This document shows, in pieces, positions 10,448-19,012 of a DNA stretch of 64,000 nucleotides; position 1 is the first letter of the stretch; every line of letters starts with the position of its first letter. A program made the translations under genes and the position numbers. The notes under the pieces were generated by a model that saw only the letters and a program-made list of their open reading frames with translations, was not told the origin of the DNA and ran no database searches. Source of the DNA: Gemmatimonadota bacterium (lineage in GTDB: Bacteria > Gemmatimonadota > Gemmatimonadetes > Palauibacterales > Palauibacteraceae); assembly GCA_046758745.1 (NCBI GenBank), contig JBHIAV010000008.1, forward strand, positions 28,663 to 92,662, read 5' to 3'.

Positions 10448-11613
10448 GGCGGCACGGGCCCGTGCCCGCCGGCGAGCCGGCCGGATCGGCGGGGCCCCGG
10501 GAGCCGGCCCGATTCACGGCCCCTCGGAACGCGGCAGTGTCGGCGAGCCGCGGGGAGCCGGCGCGGCCCCGAGACGTCCGCCGGGCTGCACAGCTGGTAG
10601 GGCTCGAGGCGATCCGGGAGGCTGCCGAGCGCATTCGCGGGGTGGCGCTGCGTACGCCCCTGCTTCCCGCGCCCGTCCCGACGGCGGGGGAGCCGGCGGC
10701 CATCTCCGCGGGGCGCGGGCCGCGCCGCCCCACCGCTGAGGCAGCGCGGCTGTGGCTGAAGTGCGAGAGCTTCCAGCCCGTCGGGGCGTTCAAGCTGCGG
10801 GGCGCGTACAACTTCATCGCTTCGCTCGACGCCGACACGCGGGAGAGCGGGGTCCTCACCTTCTCCTCCGGCAACCACGCCCGGGCCGTGGCGTACGCCG
10901 CCCGTCGCCTGGGAATCCCTGCCAGCGTGGTGATGCCGGTCGACGCGCCACGGGTGAAGCTGGAGGCGACCCGGGCGCTCGGAGCGCACGTGGAGCAGGT
11001 GGGTACCACGACCGTGGAGCGGCAGCGGCGGGCGGAGGAGCTGCAGCGCGAGCGCGGCGGCACAATGGTCCCGCCCTTCGATCATCCGGCGATCATTGCC
11101 GGTCAGGGAACGGTGGGGCTGGAGATCGTGCGGCAGATGGCCGCACCGGAGGGCGATCCCGCCCTCGTGCTCGTGCCGGTCGGTGGCGGGGGGCTGATCT
11201 CCGGTGTGGCGGCCGCTCTCCGTGCCCTCGTGCCCGGGGTTCGGATCGTGGGCGTGGAGCCCGTGGGGGCGGCCAAGATGAGCCGGTCGCTCGCCGAAGG
11301 CCGCCCGGTGAGCCTGGAGCAGATCGACACGATCGCGGATGGCCTGAAGCCCGCCCGCCCGGGCGATCTGACCTTCGCCCACTGCCGCGCTCTGGTGGAT
11401 GAGGTGGTCACCGTGTCCGATGACGCCCTCCGGGCCGGGGTGCTCTGGTGCTTCCGGCAGCGCCTGGTGGTCGAGCCGAGCGGGGCGGCGGGGGTCGCGG
11501 CGCTCCTGACCGGTCGCGTCCGGCCCGCCCCCTCCCGGGAGGGGGCGACCGTCGTCGTCCTGTCCGGCGGCAACATCGATCCGGGGCTCCTGTGCGGGTG
11601 GCTTACCTCGTGA
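10444..11613 (+). CDS. PLP-dependent threonine/serine dehydratase (catabolic type, no ACT domain)
   Basis: '[17 protein letters not shown]', 'SSGNHA', '[10 protein letters not shown]', 'VVEPSGA', 'SGGN'. GTGA overlap with gyrA. Confidence 0.9.
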   Translation: MRRHGPVPAGEPAGSAGPREPARFTAPRNAAVSASRGEPARPRDVRRAAQLVGLEAIREAAERIRGVALRTPLLPAPVPTAGEPAAISAGRGPRRPTAEAARLWLKCESFQPVGAFKLRGAYNFIASLDADTRESGVLTFSSGNHARAVAYAARRLGIPASVVMPVDAPRVKLEATRALGAHVEQVGTTTVERQRRAEELQRERGGTMVPPFDHPAIIAGQGTVGLEIVRQMAAPEGDPALVLVPVGGGGLISGVAAALRALVPGVRIVGVEPVGAAKMSRSLAEGRPVSLEQIDTIADGLKPARPGDLTFAHCRALVDEVVTVSDDALRAGVLWCFRQRLVVEPSGAAGVAALLTGRVRPAPSREGATVVVLSGGNIDPGLLCGWLTS

Positions 11614-12347
11614 GGCCACGCATCTTCATCGCTGTCACCGCACCGGTTCGGGAGAGCGACATCGGCCTCCCGCGCGTGGTTCTCGAGGAGGGGTACCAGC
11701 GGGCCGTGAGGGTGGCGGGCGCCCTCCCCCTCATCCTCTCCCCCCTTCTGGACGAGGAGGCGCTGGGTCGACTCTTCGACGCGGCGGGCGGACTGATGCT
11801 CACGGGCGGGGAGGACGTGGACCCATCCCGCTACGGCGAGAAGATGAACGGATCGCGCCGCGTCTCCTCCCAACGGGACGCGATGGAGATCTCCCTCGCC
11901 GAGGCGGCCATCGAGCGGGGGATGCCGATCCTGGCAATCTGCCGCGGGATGCAGCTCCTCAACGTGGTTCTCGGGGGGACCCTGTACCAGGACCTCGAGA
12001 CGTATTGGGGAACGGAGATCGATCACGACCGGTACCGGGAGTTCGATGCCCCGATACACACGATCCGTGCCGAGCGCACGAGGCGGCTCGACGGTGTGGT
12101 CTCCGCGCGCGTGTTCGAGCAGAACTCTGCCCACCACCAGGGGATACGCGACCTGGCAGCCGGCCTCACGGCGGTCGCCTGGGCACCCGACGGACTCGTG
12201 GAGGGCGTCGAATACCACCAGAGCGCGGGCTGGACCGTGGGCGTGCAGTGGCACCCCGAGCGCCGGCTGGCGGATGGGACGAACCGCCGGCTTCTCGAGC
12301 GGTTCGGAGAGGAGGTGCGCCGGTCGGCCGGCGGGCGTGTCGGGTAG
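11610..12347 (+). CDS. Gamma-glutamyl-gamma-aminobutyrate hydrolase family (peptidase C26, class I GATase)
   Basis: 'LTGGEDVDP', nucleophile elbow 'AICRGMQ', 'HHQG', 'VQWHPE'. GTG 11610 overlaps the upstream stop. Confidence 0.88.
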   Translation: MRPRIFIAVTAPVRESDIGLPRVVLEEGYQRAVRVAGALPLILSPLLDEEALGRLFDAAGGLMLTGGEDVDPSRYGEKMNGSRRVSSQRDAMEISLAEAAIERGMPILAICRGMQLLNVVLGGTLYQDLETYWGTEIDHDRYREFDAPIHTIRAERTRRLDGVVSARVFEQNSAHHQGIRDLAAGLTAVAWAPDGLVEGVEYHQSAGWTVGVQWHPERRLADGTNRRLLERFGEEVRRSAGGRVG

Positions 12348-12371
12348 CGGAGCGGTAGGAGTGGGCGGGGG

Positions 12372-13364
12372 ATGGCGTTGGCCGTCACGCGCGATCGCGC
12401 GGACCGTGCGGTGAACCGCACCCTCACCGCGATCCCGGGAATCGCCGTCGGACACGCGCACGACACCGCAGCGGCCACCGGGTGCACTGCCGTGCTCGGA
12501 CCCTTCGTCGCGGCGGCGGACGTTCGCGGCCTGGCAACCGGGACGCGGGAGATGGATGCGCTGTCGCCCCTCCACATCACGACGCGGTGCGACGCGATCC
12601 TCCTCGGCGGCGGGTCGGCGTTCGGGCTGGCGGCGGCCGACGGGGTGAGCCGGTGGCTGGAGGAGCGGGGCCGGGGCTTCCCTACCCGCGGCGGCGTCGT
12701 CCCGATCGTGCCCGCCGCCGTGATCTACGATCTCGGGACCGGGCGGGCGGATGTCCGGCCGGATTCCGGCATGGGGCGTGCAGCGGCGGCAACCGCCTCC
12801 ACCGATCCGGTTGCGGAGGGGCGCGTGGGGGCCGGGGCGGGAGCCACGGTCGGGAAGCTGCACGGCGGCGAGGCGTCGGAGCCGGCAGGTCTGGGTGGTT
12901 GGGCGGAGCGCTTCGCGGAGGGGACGGTCGCCGCGCTCGTGGTGGTCAACGCATTCGGAGACGTGCTCGATGCAGAGGGACGGATCATCGCCGGTACACG
13001 CGGCGCGGACGGTGGCTTCCTCGACACGGCGCGCGCGATCCGCAGCTCGGCTCCCCGCGAAGGCTTCGGAGCGCCGGGTGAAAGCACGACCCTGGCCGTG
13101 GTGGCCACGGACGCGCCGCTCGGCAAGCGGGAGCTCCAGATCATCGCTCGCCTGGCAATGAACGGGATCGTGCGACGGATCTCGCCGTCCAACACGCCAT
13201 TCGACGGCGACGTGGTGTTCGCGGTCTCGCCGAATGGTCCCCCCGGCGCGGAGCCGGAACCGGGAGAGGTGATGGCCATCGGGCTTCGAGCGCAGGCCGT
13301 GCTGGAGCACGCGATCGAGCGGGCGGCCCTGCTGGGCGGCGGCGAGCCCCCGGGAGAGGGGTAG
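12372..13364 (+). CDS. P1/DmpA-family (S58) aminopeptidase
   Basis: 'GIAVGH', 'TGCT', 'GTRE', 'GGSAFGL.AADGV', 'VPIVP', 'GAGAGA', 'TTLAVVATDA', 'FDGD'. Confidence 0.88.
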   Translation: MALAVTRDRADRAVNRTLTAIPGIAVGHAHDTAAATGCTAVLGPFVAAADVRGLATGTREMDALSPLHITTRCDAILLGGGSAFGLAAADGVSRWLEERGRGFPTRGGVVPIVPAAVIYDLGTGRADVRPDSGMGRAAAATASTDPVAEGRVGAGAGATVGKLHGGEASEPAGLGGWAERFAEGTVAALVVVNAFGDVLDAEGRIIAGTRGADGGFLDTARAIRSSAPREGFGAPGESTTLAVVATDAPLGKRELQIIARLAMNGIVRRISPSNTPFDGDVVFAVSPNGPPGAEPEPGEVMAIGLRAQAVLEHAIERAALLGGGEPPGEG

Positions 13365-13366
13365 GC

Positions 13367-14053
13367 GTGCGGCGGCTCCTCCTCTTCGATATAGACGGCA
13401 CACTGCTGGACACAAGCGGGGCGGGCCGGTCGGCCCTTCGCACGGCAATGCTCACCGTGTACGGTGAGACGGGTCCCATCGACGGGTTCGACTTCCATGG
13501 ACAGACGGACCCCGCCATCGTGCGAGGTCTGCTACGCTCGGCCGGCCGCGACGCATGGATCGAAGCGCGGTTCGACGTCCTGTGGGAGGAATACTACGCG
13601 AGGCTGGCTGAAGAGCTGGCACGGCGCTCGGGCCGGATCTCCGCCCATCCGGGGGTCGTCACACTGCTCGAGCAACTCGGGGCCGACGGTCGATTCGCCG
13701 TCGGTCTGGTCACCGGCAACATGGAGCGGGGAGCGTGCCAGAAGCTACGCTCGTGCGGCCTGGGCGGGCGCTTCGCCTTCGGGGCTTTCGGGTCGGACTC
13801 CGAGCGCCGGGAGGAGCTTCCGCCTGTGGCCCGCCGCCGGGCGGAGGCGGCGCTCGGCCGGCCGTTTCGCCTTGAACAGGCGGTCCTCATCGGCGACACC
13901 CCGGAGGACGTGCGGTGTGCCCGCGCGTGCGGCGCTCGTGCGGTGGCGGTGGCGACCGGACGCCACGCGGCCGGAGATTTGCAGGCGTACGCTCCAGACC
14001 ACGTGCTACCGGATCTCACGGACACCGAGGCCGTCGTTCGAGCGTTGGCATGA
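13367..14053 (+). CDS. HAD-superfamily hydrolase
   Basis: Motif I 'FDIDGTL', 'VTGN', 'IGDTPED'. Confidence 0.9.
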   Translation: MRRLLLFDIDGTLLDTSGAGRSALRTAMLTVYGETGPIDGFDFHGQTDPAIVRGLLRSAGRDAWIEARFDVLWEEYYARLAEELARRSGRISAHPGVVTLLEQLGADGRFAVGLVTGNMERGACQKLRSCGLGGRFAFGAFGSDSERREELPPVARRRAEAALGRPFRLEQAVLIGDTPEDVRCARACGARAVAVATGRHAAGDLQAYAPDHVLPDLTDTEAVVRALA

Positions 14054-15450
14054 CAGACGGGAAGGCCACCCGGTTCGAGCTGGACGTGTTCGTCCAGGGC
14101 AGCGGCGTGCGGCGGGGAGTCGGCGTCGAAGTGGGGGATGGGCGGCTCGTCTCCGGCGACATCAACGTCCCGTTCTCGTCCGTCTTCTGGATGGGCCGAA
14201 GGGCTGGACTCCTCCTCCTGTTCGCCCGCCACACCAGCGTGGCCCTGAAGGGAGACGGCCGCCAACTGGACGCGGTGGCACGGACGATCGTGGAAGCGGT
14301 GGATGCGACGGAGTGGCGTCGACAGCTCTTTCGCTACCTGGGATCGGAGGTCGTGCTGTTCGCGGCCGAGTGCGCGGTGGCCGGCACCGTCGTCGGGGAG
14401 CCGGTCCGGGGGCTCTGCGTGGCCGCCTTCACGAAGCGGGGCGCCCATCTCTTCTCGGGTGAGCGCCAGTGGTCGATCGGCTGGCCGGCCGAGGTCGCCG
14501 AGACCCGGACCGGCCGCGCCAATGGTGGGGGAGAGGCGCTCTTCCTGAAGCGGGGAGACGTTTCGTTGAGCCTCCTCTACCTGCATCCGGAGGAGATCGA
14601 GTCCGTGCTGAAGGTGGCCCTTGCCCCGCCGGAGGAGGAGCCCGAGGAGTTCCTGGAGCTGTTCACCCGCGGACAGGTGGCGCCGCCTCCCCCGCCGCGG
14701 CTGCCCGAGTTCTCACTCGCCGCCGGGTCGTTACAAGCGATCGCCGAGGAGGCGGCCGCACGCGTGCCGAGGGATCTGCAGACCCGGGCCGAGCTGGGAG
14801 CGTATTTCTTCGAGACCCATTTCCTCGAGCTCGGCGAGATCGCCCTCGGTCCTCTGCTGTTGCGGAAGTCCGCCGCCTCGAGCGCCCGTGGGCTCGGGCG
14901 CGCCGTACGGGCCATGAGCGCGGATGACATGCAGCGCGATACGCAGGCGGCCGTCGCGACGGCGGCGGATCGGTTGGCCGCAGTGTATGACCACGAGCTG
15001 GAGAGGTTGCTGAGGGAGCGGAAGGTGCCGTTCCGACTCGAGCGAGAGCTCGTTCTCTCGCAGTCGGAGTTCGACGACATCGGCACCCGGATGCAGCTTC
15101 CCTTCGACCGCCTCTCCGAGCTGTTCGGCGAGCTGGCCGGTCAGGAGGCGGAGCTCGTGGACCGCCTCGCGGCGCTCGATGAGGGACCACCCGGGGCGGC
15201 GGAGGAGGTGGTGGAGGAGACGGCCACGGAGTGGCGTGCCACGCTGGAGCGGCTGGACCGGGCTTACGAACTCGCCTGGCGGGAGCTCGTGACGGAGATC
15301 GAGGGCACCTGGTCCGGCCTTCTCCTGCCGCGGCTGGCGCGGGTCGGGGCGCTGAGGACGAGACGGTTTCCGGAGTGGGTACAGCTGGCGATCATCGCGG
15401 CCATCACCGTACTCGTGGTCGCTGCGCTCGGCATCGTGCTGTTCGCGTGA
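14050..15450 (+). CDS. Hypothetical protein: beta-rich N-terminus, coiled coil, C-terminal TM anchor
   Basis: ATGA overlap with the HAD stop, protein-like composition, E/L/A-rich helical region, hydrophobic C-terminus 'LAIIAAITVLVVAALGIVLFA'. Confidence 0.75.
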   Translation: MTDGKATRFELDVFVQGSGVRRGVGVEVGDGRLVSGDINVPFSSVFWMGRRAGLLLLFARHTSVALKGDGRQLDAVARTIVEAVDATEWRRQLFRYLGSEVVLFAAECAVAGTVVGEPVRGLCVAAFTKRGAHLFSGERQWSIGWPAEVAETRTGRANGGGEALFLKRGDVSLSLLYLHPEEIESVLKVALAPPEEEPEEFLELFTRGQVAPPPPPRLPEFSLAAGSLQAIAEEAAARVPRDLQTRAELGAYFFETHFLELGEIALGPLLLRKSAASSARGLGRAVRAMSADDMQRDTQAAVATAADRLAAVYDHELERLLRERKVPFRLERELVLSQSEFDDIGTRMQLPFDRLSELFGELAGQEAELVDRLAALDEGPPGAAEEVVEETATEWRATLERLDRAYELAWRELVTEIEGTWSGLLLPRLARVGALRTRRFPEWVQLAIIAAITVLVVAALGIVLFA

Positions 15451-15507
15451 AACGCCGACGGACGGTGCGTGTAGTCTCGTAGTCCCCACACTGGGAGGAG
15501 TGAAGAC

Positions 15508-16236
15508 TTGGCGAGGAAGAGAGCGCAGGTGAAGGGGCGTGGCGCCGCCGGGAGCGGCCCCGGCAAGGCGTTCTACCTCGGGCTTGGATTGGTCGCGCTC
15601 GTCGGAGTCGGTGCGCTCGTGCTGGCTCGCTCGTCGGGGTCGGAGCCGATCACCCGTCCTCTCTCGGTGGCCGAGCTGAGCGCTGGGGCGGACCCTTCGG
15701 TGGGCGTGACGATGGGACCGGAGGAGGCTCCGCTGACGATCATGGAGTTCACCGACTTCCAGTGCCCGGTGTGCAAACAGTTCAACGCGCTCACCGGTAG
15801 GCTGCTCAGACAGAACTACGCCGGGCCGTCGGGGCCGGTTCGCTGGATCGCGTACGACTTCCCGCTGGACCAGCACGCGAACGCGGTGCCCGCCGCCCTG
15901 GCCGCGCGGTGCGGCGAGGCGCAGGGCCGGTTCTGGCAGATGCACGATCTGCTGCTCGCCCGGCAGGAGAACTGGGCGACCGACCGGTCGCCGGCGGGCC
16001 GGTTCTCCGACTACGCGAAGGAGCTCGGCCTCGATGTCGGCGAATTCGACCGCTGTCTCACCGAGCGCCAGCACATCTCCGAGGTCGTCGCCTCCATGCG
16101 GTACGGCGAGCAGCTCGGGGTCCGCGGCACGCCGACCGTCTTCCTCAACGGCGAGCCGCTGGAGAACCGCTCGTACCGCTACATAGAGCAGCGGATCCAG
16201 GAAGCCGTCGGGGGTGGTGCGGGACGGGGCGAATAG
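15508..16236 (+). CDS. Membrane-anchored DsbA-family thiol-disulfide oxidoreductase
   Basis: GGAGG RBS and TTG start, N-terminal TM, 'EFTDFQCPVC', 'FPL', cis-Pro loop 'GTPT'. Confidence 0.9.
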   Translation: MARKRAQVKGRGAAGSGPGKAFYLGLGLVALVGVGALVLARSSGSEPITRPLSVAELSAGADPSVGVTMGPEEAPLTIMEFTDFQCPVCKQFNALTGRLLRQNYAGPSGPVRWIAYDFPLDQHANAVPAALAARCGEAQGRFWQMHDLLLARQENWATDRSPAGRFSDYAKELGLDVGEFDRCLTERQHISEVVASMRYGEQLGVRGTPTVFLNGEPLENRSYRYIEQRIQEAVGGGAGRGE

Positions 16237-16308
16237 GGTCGCCCGAAGCCGGACCCGGGGTGGTGGGGAGGGATGGTGGACCCGCCCGGGCGGGCCGGAA
16301 GGAGCGGC

Positions 16309-16776
16309 GTGAACGACGGACGACGGAAGCTGGTGGCCGTCCTGGCGCTGGCCGGCTTCTTCCTCTCGAGCTATCTGCTTCTCTACGCACTAGGCTTCTA
16401 CGGCGATGTGGTGTGCGGGCAGAGCGGCTCCTGCGAGGCCGTGCAGACCTCCAGATACGCCCGTTTCCTGGGCGTTCCGGTGGCGGGCTGGGGCACTGCG
16501 TGGTACCTGGCCGTGTTCGCCGTGGCGATCGCCGCCCTGCAGCCGGGAGCGGCGGGAAAGAGATGGCCGGACCGCGGGCTCGCCGTTTTGGCGGCCGGTG
16601 GCCTGGCCTTCTCGCTCTGGCTGACCTACGCGGAACTCTTCCTCATCCGGGCGATCTGCCGCTTGTGCGTGGCGAGCGCGGCTCTCACCGTGCTGATCTT
16701 CGCCGCGACGCTTCCCTTGGGGCGCGCCTCAAGCGGTGGCGGTCCAGAAGCCCTCGAGGGACGATCCGTGAGGTGA
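16309..16776 (+). CDS. Vitamin K epoxide reductase (VKOR) family protein
   Basis: AAGGAG RBS before GTG 16309, loop cysteines 'CGQSGSC', 'VQTSRYA.FLGVPVA', active site 'AICRLC'. Confidence 0.9.
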   Translation: MNDGRRKLVAVLALAGFFLSSYLLLYALGFYGDVVCGQSGSCEAVQTSRYARFLGVPVAGWGTAWYLAVFAVAIAALQPGAAGKRWPDRGLAVLAAGGLAFSLWLTYAELFLIRAICRLCVASAALTVLIFAATLPLGRASSGGGPEALEGRSVR

Positions 16777-17592
16777 CTGGCGCAGCTTGTCGAAGGCGCG
16801 GTTGCGGATCTGGCGGATCCGCTCGCGCGTGACGCCGAGCAGCTCGCCTATCTGCTCCAGCGTCATCTCCTCCCCGTCGTCGAGCCCGTAGTACAGGACG
16901 AGGATCTTGCGCTCACGCTCGGTCAGGTACGTCTCGAACATCTTCTCGAGGAACTCACGCCGCGCCTGCGCCTCCACGTCCACCTCGATATCGGCCTCAT
17001 CCATTCCGGAGAAACGCTCCCCGAAGGAGGCGCTGTCGCGGTCCGACTTGTCGAGCGGGGCATCCAGGCTCAGCTCCGCGGAGGCGACTCGGCGCAGGGC
17101 CCGAACCGTCTCTACCGGCTCCTTCATCTCCTCGGCGATCTCGCGGTCCGTCGGCGAGCGACCGAGCTTCTGGGTGAGCGCGGTCTCCGTCCGCGACAGC
17201 TTCACCAGGTTGGAGTTCTGGTTCAGCGGGATGCGGACCGATCTTGTCTGCTCGGCCAGGGCCTGAAGAACCGTCTGGCGGATCCACCACACGGCGTACG
17301 AGATGAACTTCACGCCCTTGTCGGGATCGAACTTCTTGACAGCCTTGAGCAGGCCCTCGTTCCCGATGCACACGAGCTCGGCCAGGTTCAGCCCCCGGCC
17401 TTGATATTTCTTCACGTACGAGATCACGAAGCGTAGGTTCGCCGTGACCAGACGCTCGGCCGCCTCTCGGTCGCCCAGACGGGCGCGTCGGGCGATCTCT
17501 CGCTCCTCGGCGGGATCCTCGATGAGCGGGTAGCGCTCCACGTCCTGCAGGTACTGGTCGAACGAATCCAGCGCACGCGAGTCGAAGAACAT
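16729..17592 (-). CDS. RpoD/SigA-family sigma70 factor, short form lacking region 1.1
   Basis: 'ANLRFVIS', 'GNEGLLKAVKKFD', 'FISYAVWWIRQ', 'RSVRIP', 'TLEQIG..LGVTRERIRQI'. GGAGG RBS before ATG 17592 (alternative 17607). Confidence 0.93.
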   Translation of the reverse strand: MFFDSRALDSFDQYLQDVERYPLIEDPAEEREIARRARLGDREAAERLVTANLRFVISYVKKYQGRGLNLAELVCIGNEGLLKAVKKFDPDKGVKFISYAVWWIRQTVLQALAEQTRSVRIPLNQNSNLVKLSRTETALTQKLGRSPTDREIAEEMKEPVETVRALRRVASAELSLDAPLDKSDRDSASFGERFSGMDEADIEVDVEAQARREFLEKMFETYLTERERKILVLYYGLDDGEEMTLEQIGELLGVTRERIRQIRNRAFDKLRQSPHGSSLEGFWTATA

Positions 17593-17693
17593 TTGCCTCC
17601 GATCCATTCGGCTCCCAGTGTGGCCGACAACAGAATAAAGAGCGAGCCGGCAGCCCCACCCGCGCCGCCGACCCGTTCTCCGAATAACTTACC

Positions 17694-18467
17694 TCATACC
17701 TGGCTTCTCTTCCACTTGTTCCCAGGCCCCCTCCCCCGCACGGCCTCCTCCAGCCAGCGTCGGTCCTCCGGCGTCAGCCGGTCGTACGTCGTCGTCCCGC
17801 CGCCGGCCACCGGAGCGCCGCTCCCCGGCGGTGCGATGCTCTCCCCTCTCTTCGGACCGGCGGGCCGAGCGGCCCAGCGGCGCAGGCGCCGGTAGAGGAA
17901 GATCGCCCCGCCGAAAGTGGCCACCGCCGGAAGCAGGTACACGAGCAGATTCAAGCCCCGGGCCTCCGGCTTGAGGAGGATCCACTCGCCGTATCGGCTG
18001 ACGAAGTAGGCCCTTACTTGCTCCGGTGTTTCCCCGGCCGCCAGCCGTTCCCGGATCACCGACTGCATCTCTCGAGCGAGCTCGGCCGAGGACTCGAGCA
18101 CCGACTGGTTGCGGCACACCGGGCAGCGAAGCTGCGCGGCGACCCGGGCCGTGAGGGCGTCCAGCTCCGCCGGCTCGAGCGCTGCCCCGGCTCCTCCGCT
18201 CCCCGGCTGCCGCTCGGGGCTCGCCTCCCTCTCTCCGGGTCCCCCTGCCGGCTCCGCGCTCCGCGCCTCCTCCGCCACCCCGGCCTCTTGAGTCGCGGCT
18301 CCGGGCACCATGCGTCCCCCGGCTCCGGGCCGCTCCTCCTCCGTGACCCCCCCCGCCGGCGTCTCGGCCACACCCACGCCTCCGGCCACGGCTGCCAGCG
18401 CGACCACGAGCCACACGAGCCGCACGGGGCCGCCCGCCCCCGCTTGCCGGCGCGCGCCGAGGGTCAT
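17694..18467 (-). CDS. ccmH: Cytochrome c biogenesis protein CcmH/CcmL
   Basis: 'LRCPVC.NQSV.ES', 'YFVSRYGEWILL.P', downstream TM. ATGA overlap with ccmG. Confidence 0.88.
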   Translation of the reverse strand: MTLGARRQAGAGGPVRLVWLVVALAAVAGGVGVAETPAGGVTEEERPGAGGRMVPGAATQEAGVAEEARSAEPAGGPGEREASPERQPGSGGAGAALEPAELDALTARVAAQLRCPVCRNQSVLESSAELAREMQSVIRERLAAGETPEQVRAYFVSRYGEWILLKPEARGLNLLVYLLPAVATFGGAIFLYRRLRRWAARPAGPKRGESIAPPGSGAPVAGGGTTTYDRLTPEDRRWLEEAVRGRGPGNKWKRSQV

Positions 18468-19012
18468 CCGCCAGCCGCCTCGCGCCCGCCCCACCCCGCG
18501 AGAAGCGAGTCCACCCTGGCGCTCACGATCTCCCACGTCAGCGGTCCCACCTGCTTGTATGCCACCCGTCCCTCCCGGTCGAGGAAGAACGTCTCGGGCA
18601 CACCGTACACCCCGTAGTCGATGGCCGTGCGTGTTGCCGGGTCGAGGACGCTGGTCCACCCTCCGCCGAGCTGCTCGAGGAACCGGCGCGCGTTCACACG
18701 GCTGTCCTGATAAACCACCCCGACGATCCGCACGTCCCGCCCGGCGTACTCCTCCTCGGCCCGGCGAAGGACATCGTGCTCGCCCCGGCAGGGAAGGCAC
18801 CAGGAGGCCCAGAAGTTGAGCACCACCACCTGGCCGCGCAGCTCCTCGAGGGCGAGCGAGTCGCCGTCCAGCGTCTCGAGGTGAAACGCCGGCGCAGCCT
18901 CGCCGATGAGGGGCGTGGGCAGCACGAAGGTGTCCCGCGTGAGCCCGAACGCGAGCAGCGCCAGGAAGGGGAGCGCCAGGAGAGGCAGCAGCCAGCGAAC
19001 ACCCCTCCTCAT
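18464..19012 (-). CDS. ccmG: Thioredoxin-like CcmG/TlpA
   Basis: N-terminal TM, 'NFWASWCLPC', 'YGVYGVPETF'. Located in the ccm operon. Confidence 0.88.
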   Translation of the reverse strand: MRRGVRWLLPLLALPFLALLAFGLTRDTFVLPTPLIGEAAPAFHLETLDGDSLALEELRGQVVVLNFWASWCLPCRGEHDVLRRAEEEYAGRDVRIVGVVYQDSRVNARRFLEQLGGGWTSVLDPATRTAIDYGVYGVPETFFLDREGRVAYKQVGPLTWEIVSARVDSLLAGWGGREAAGG

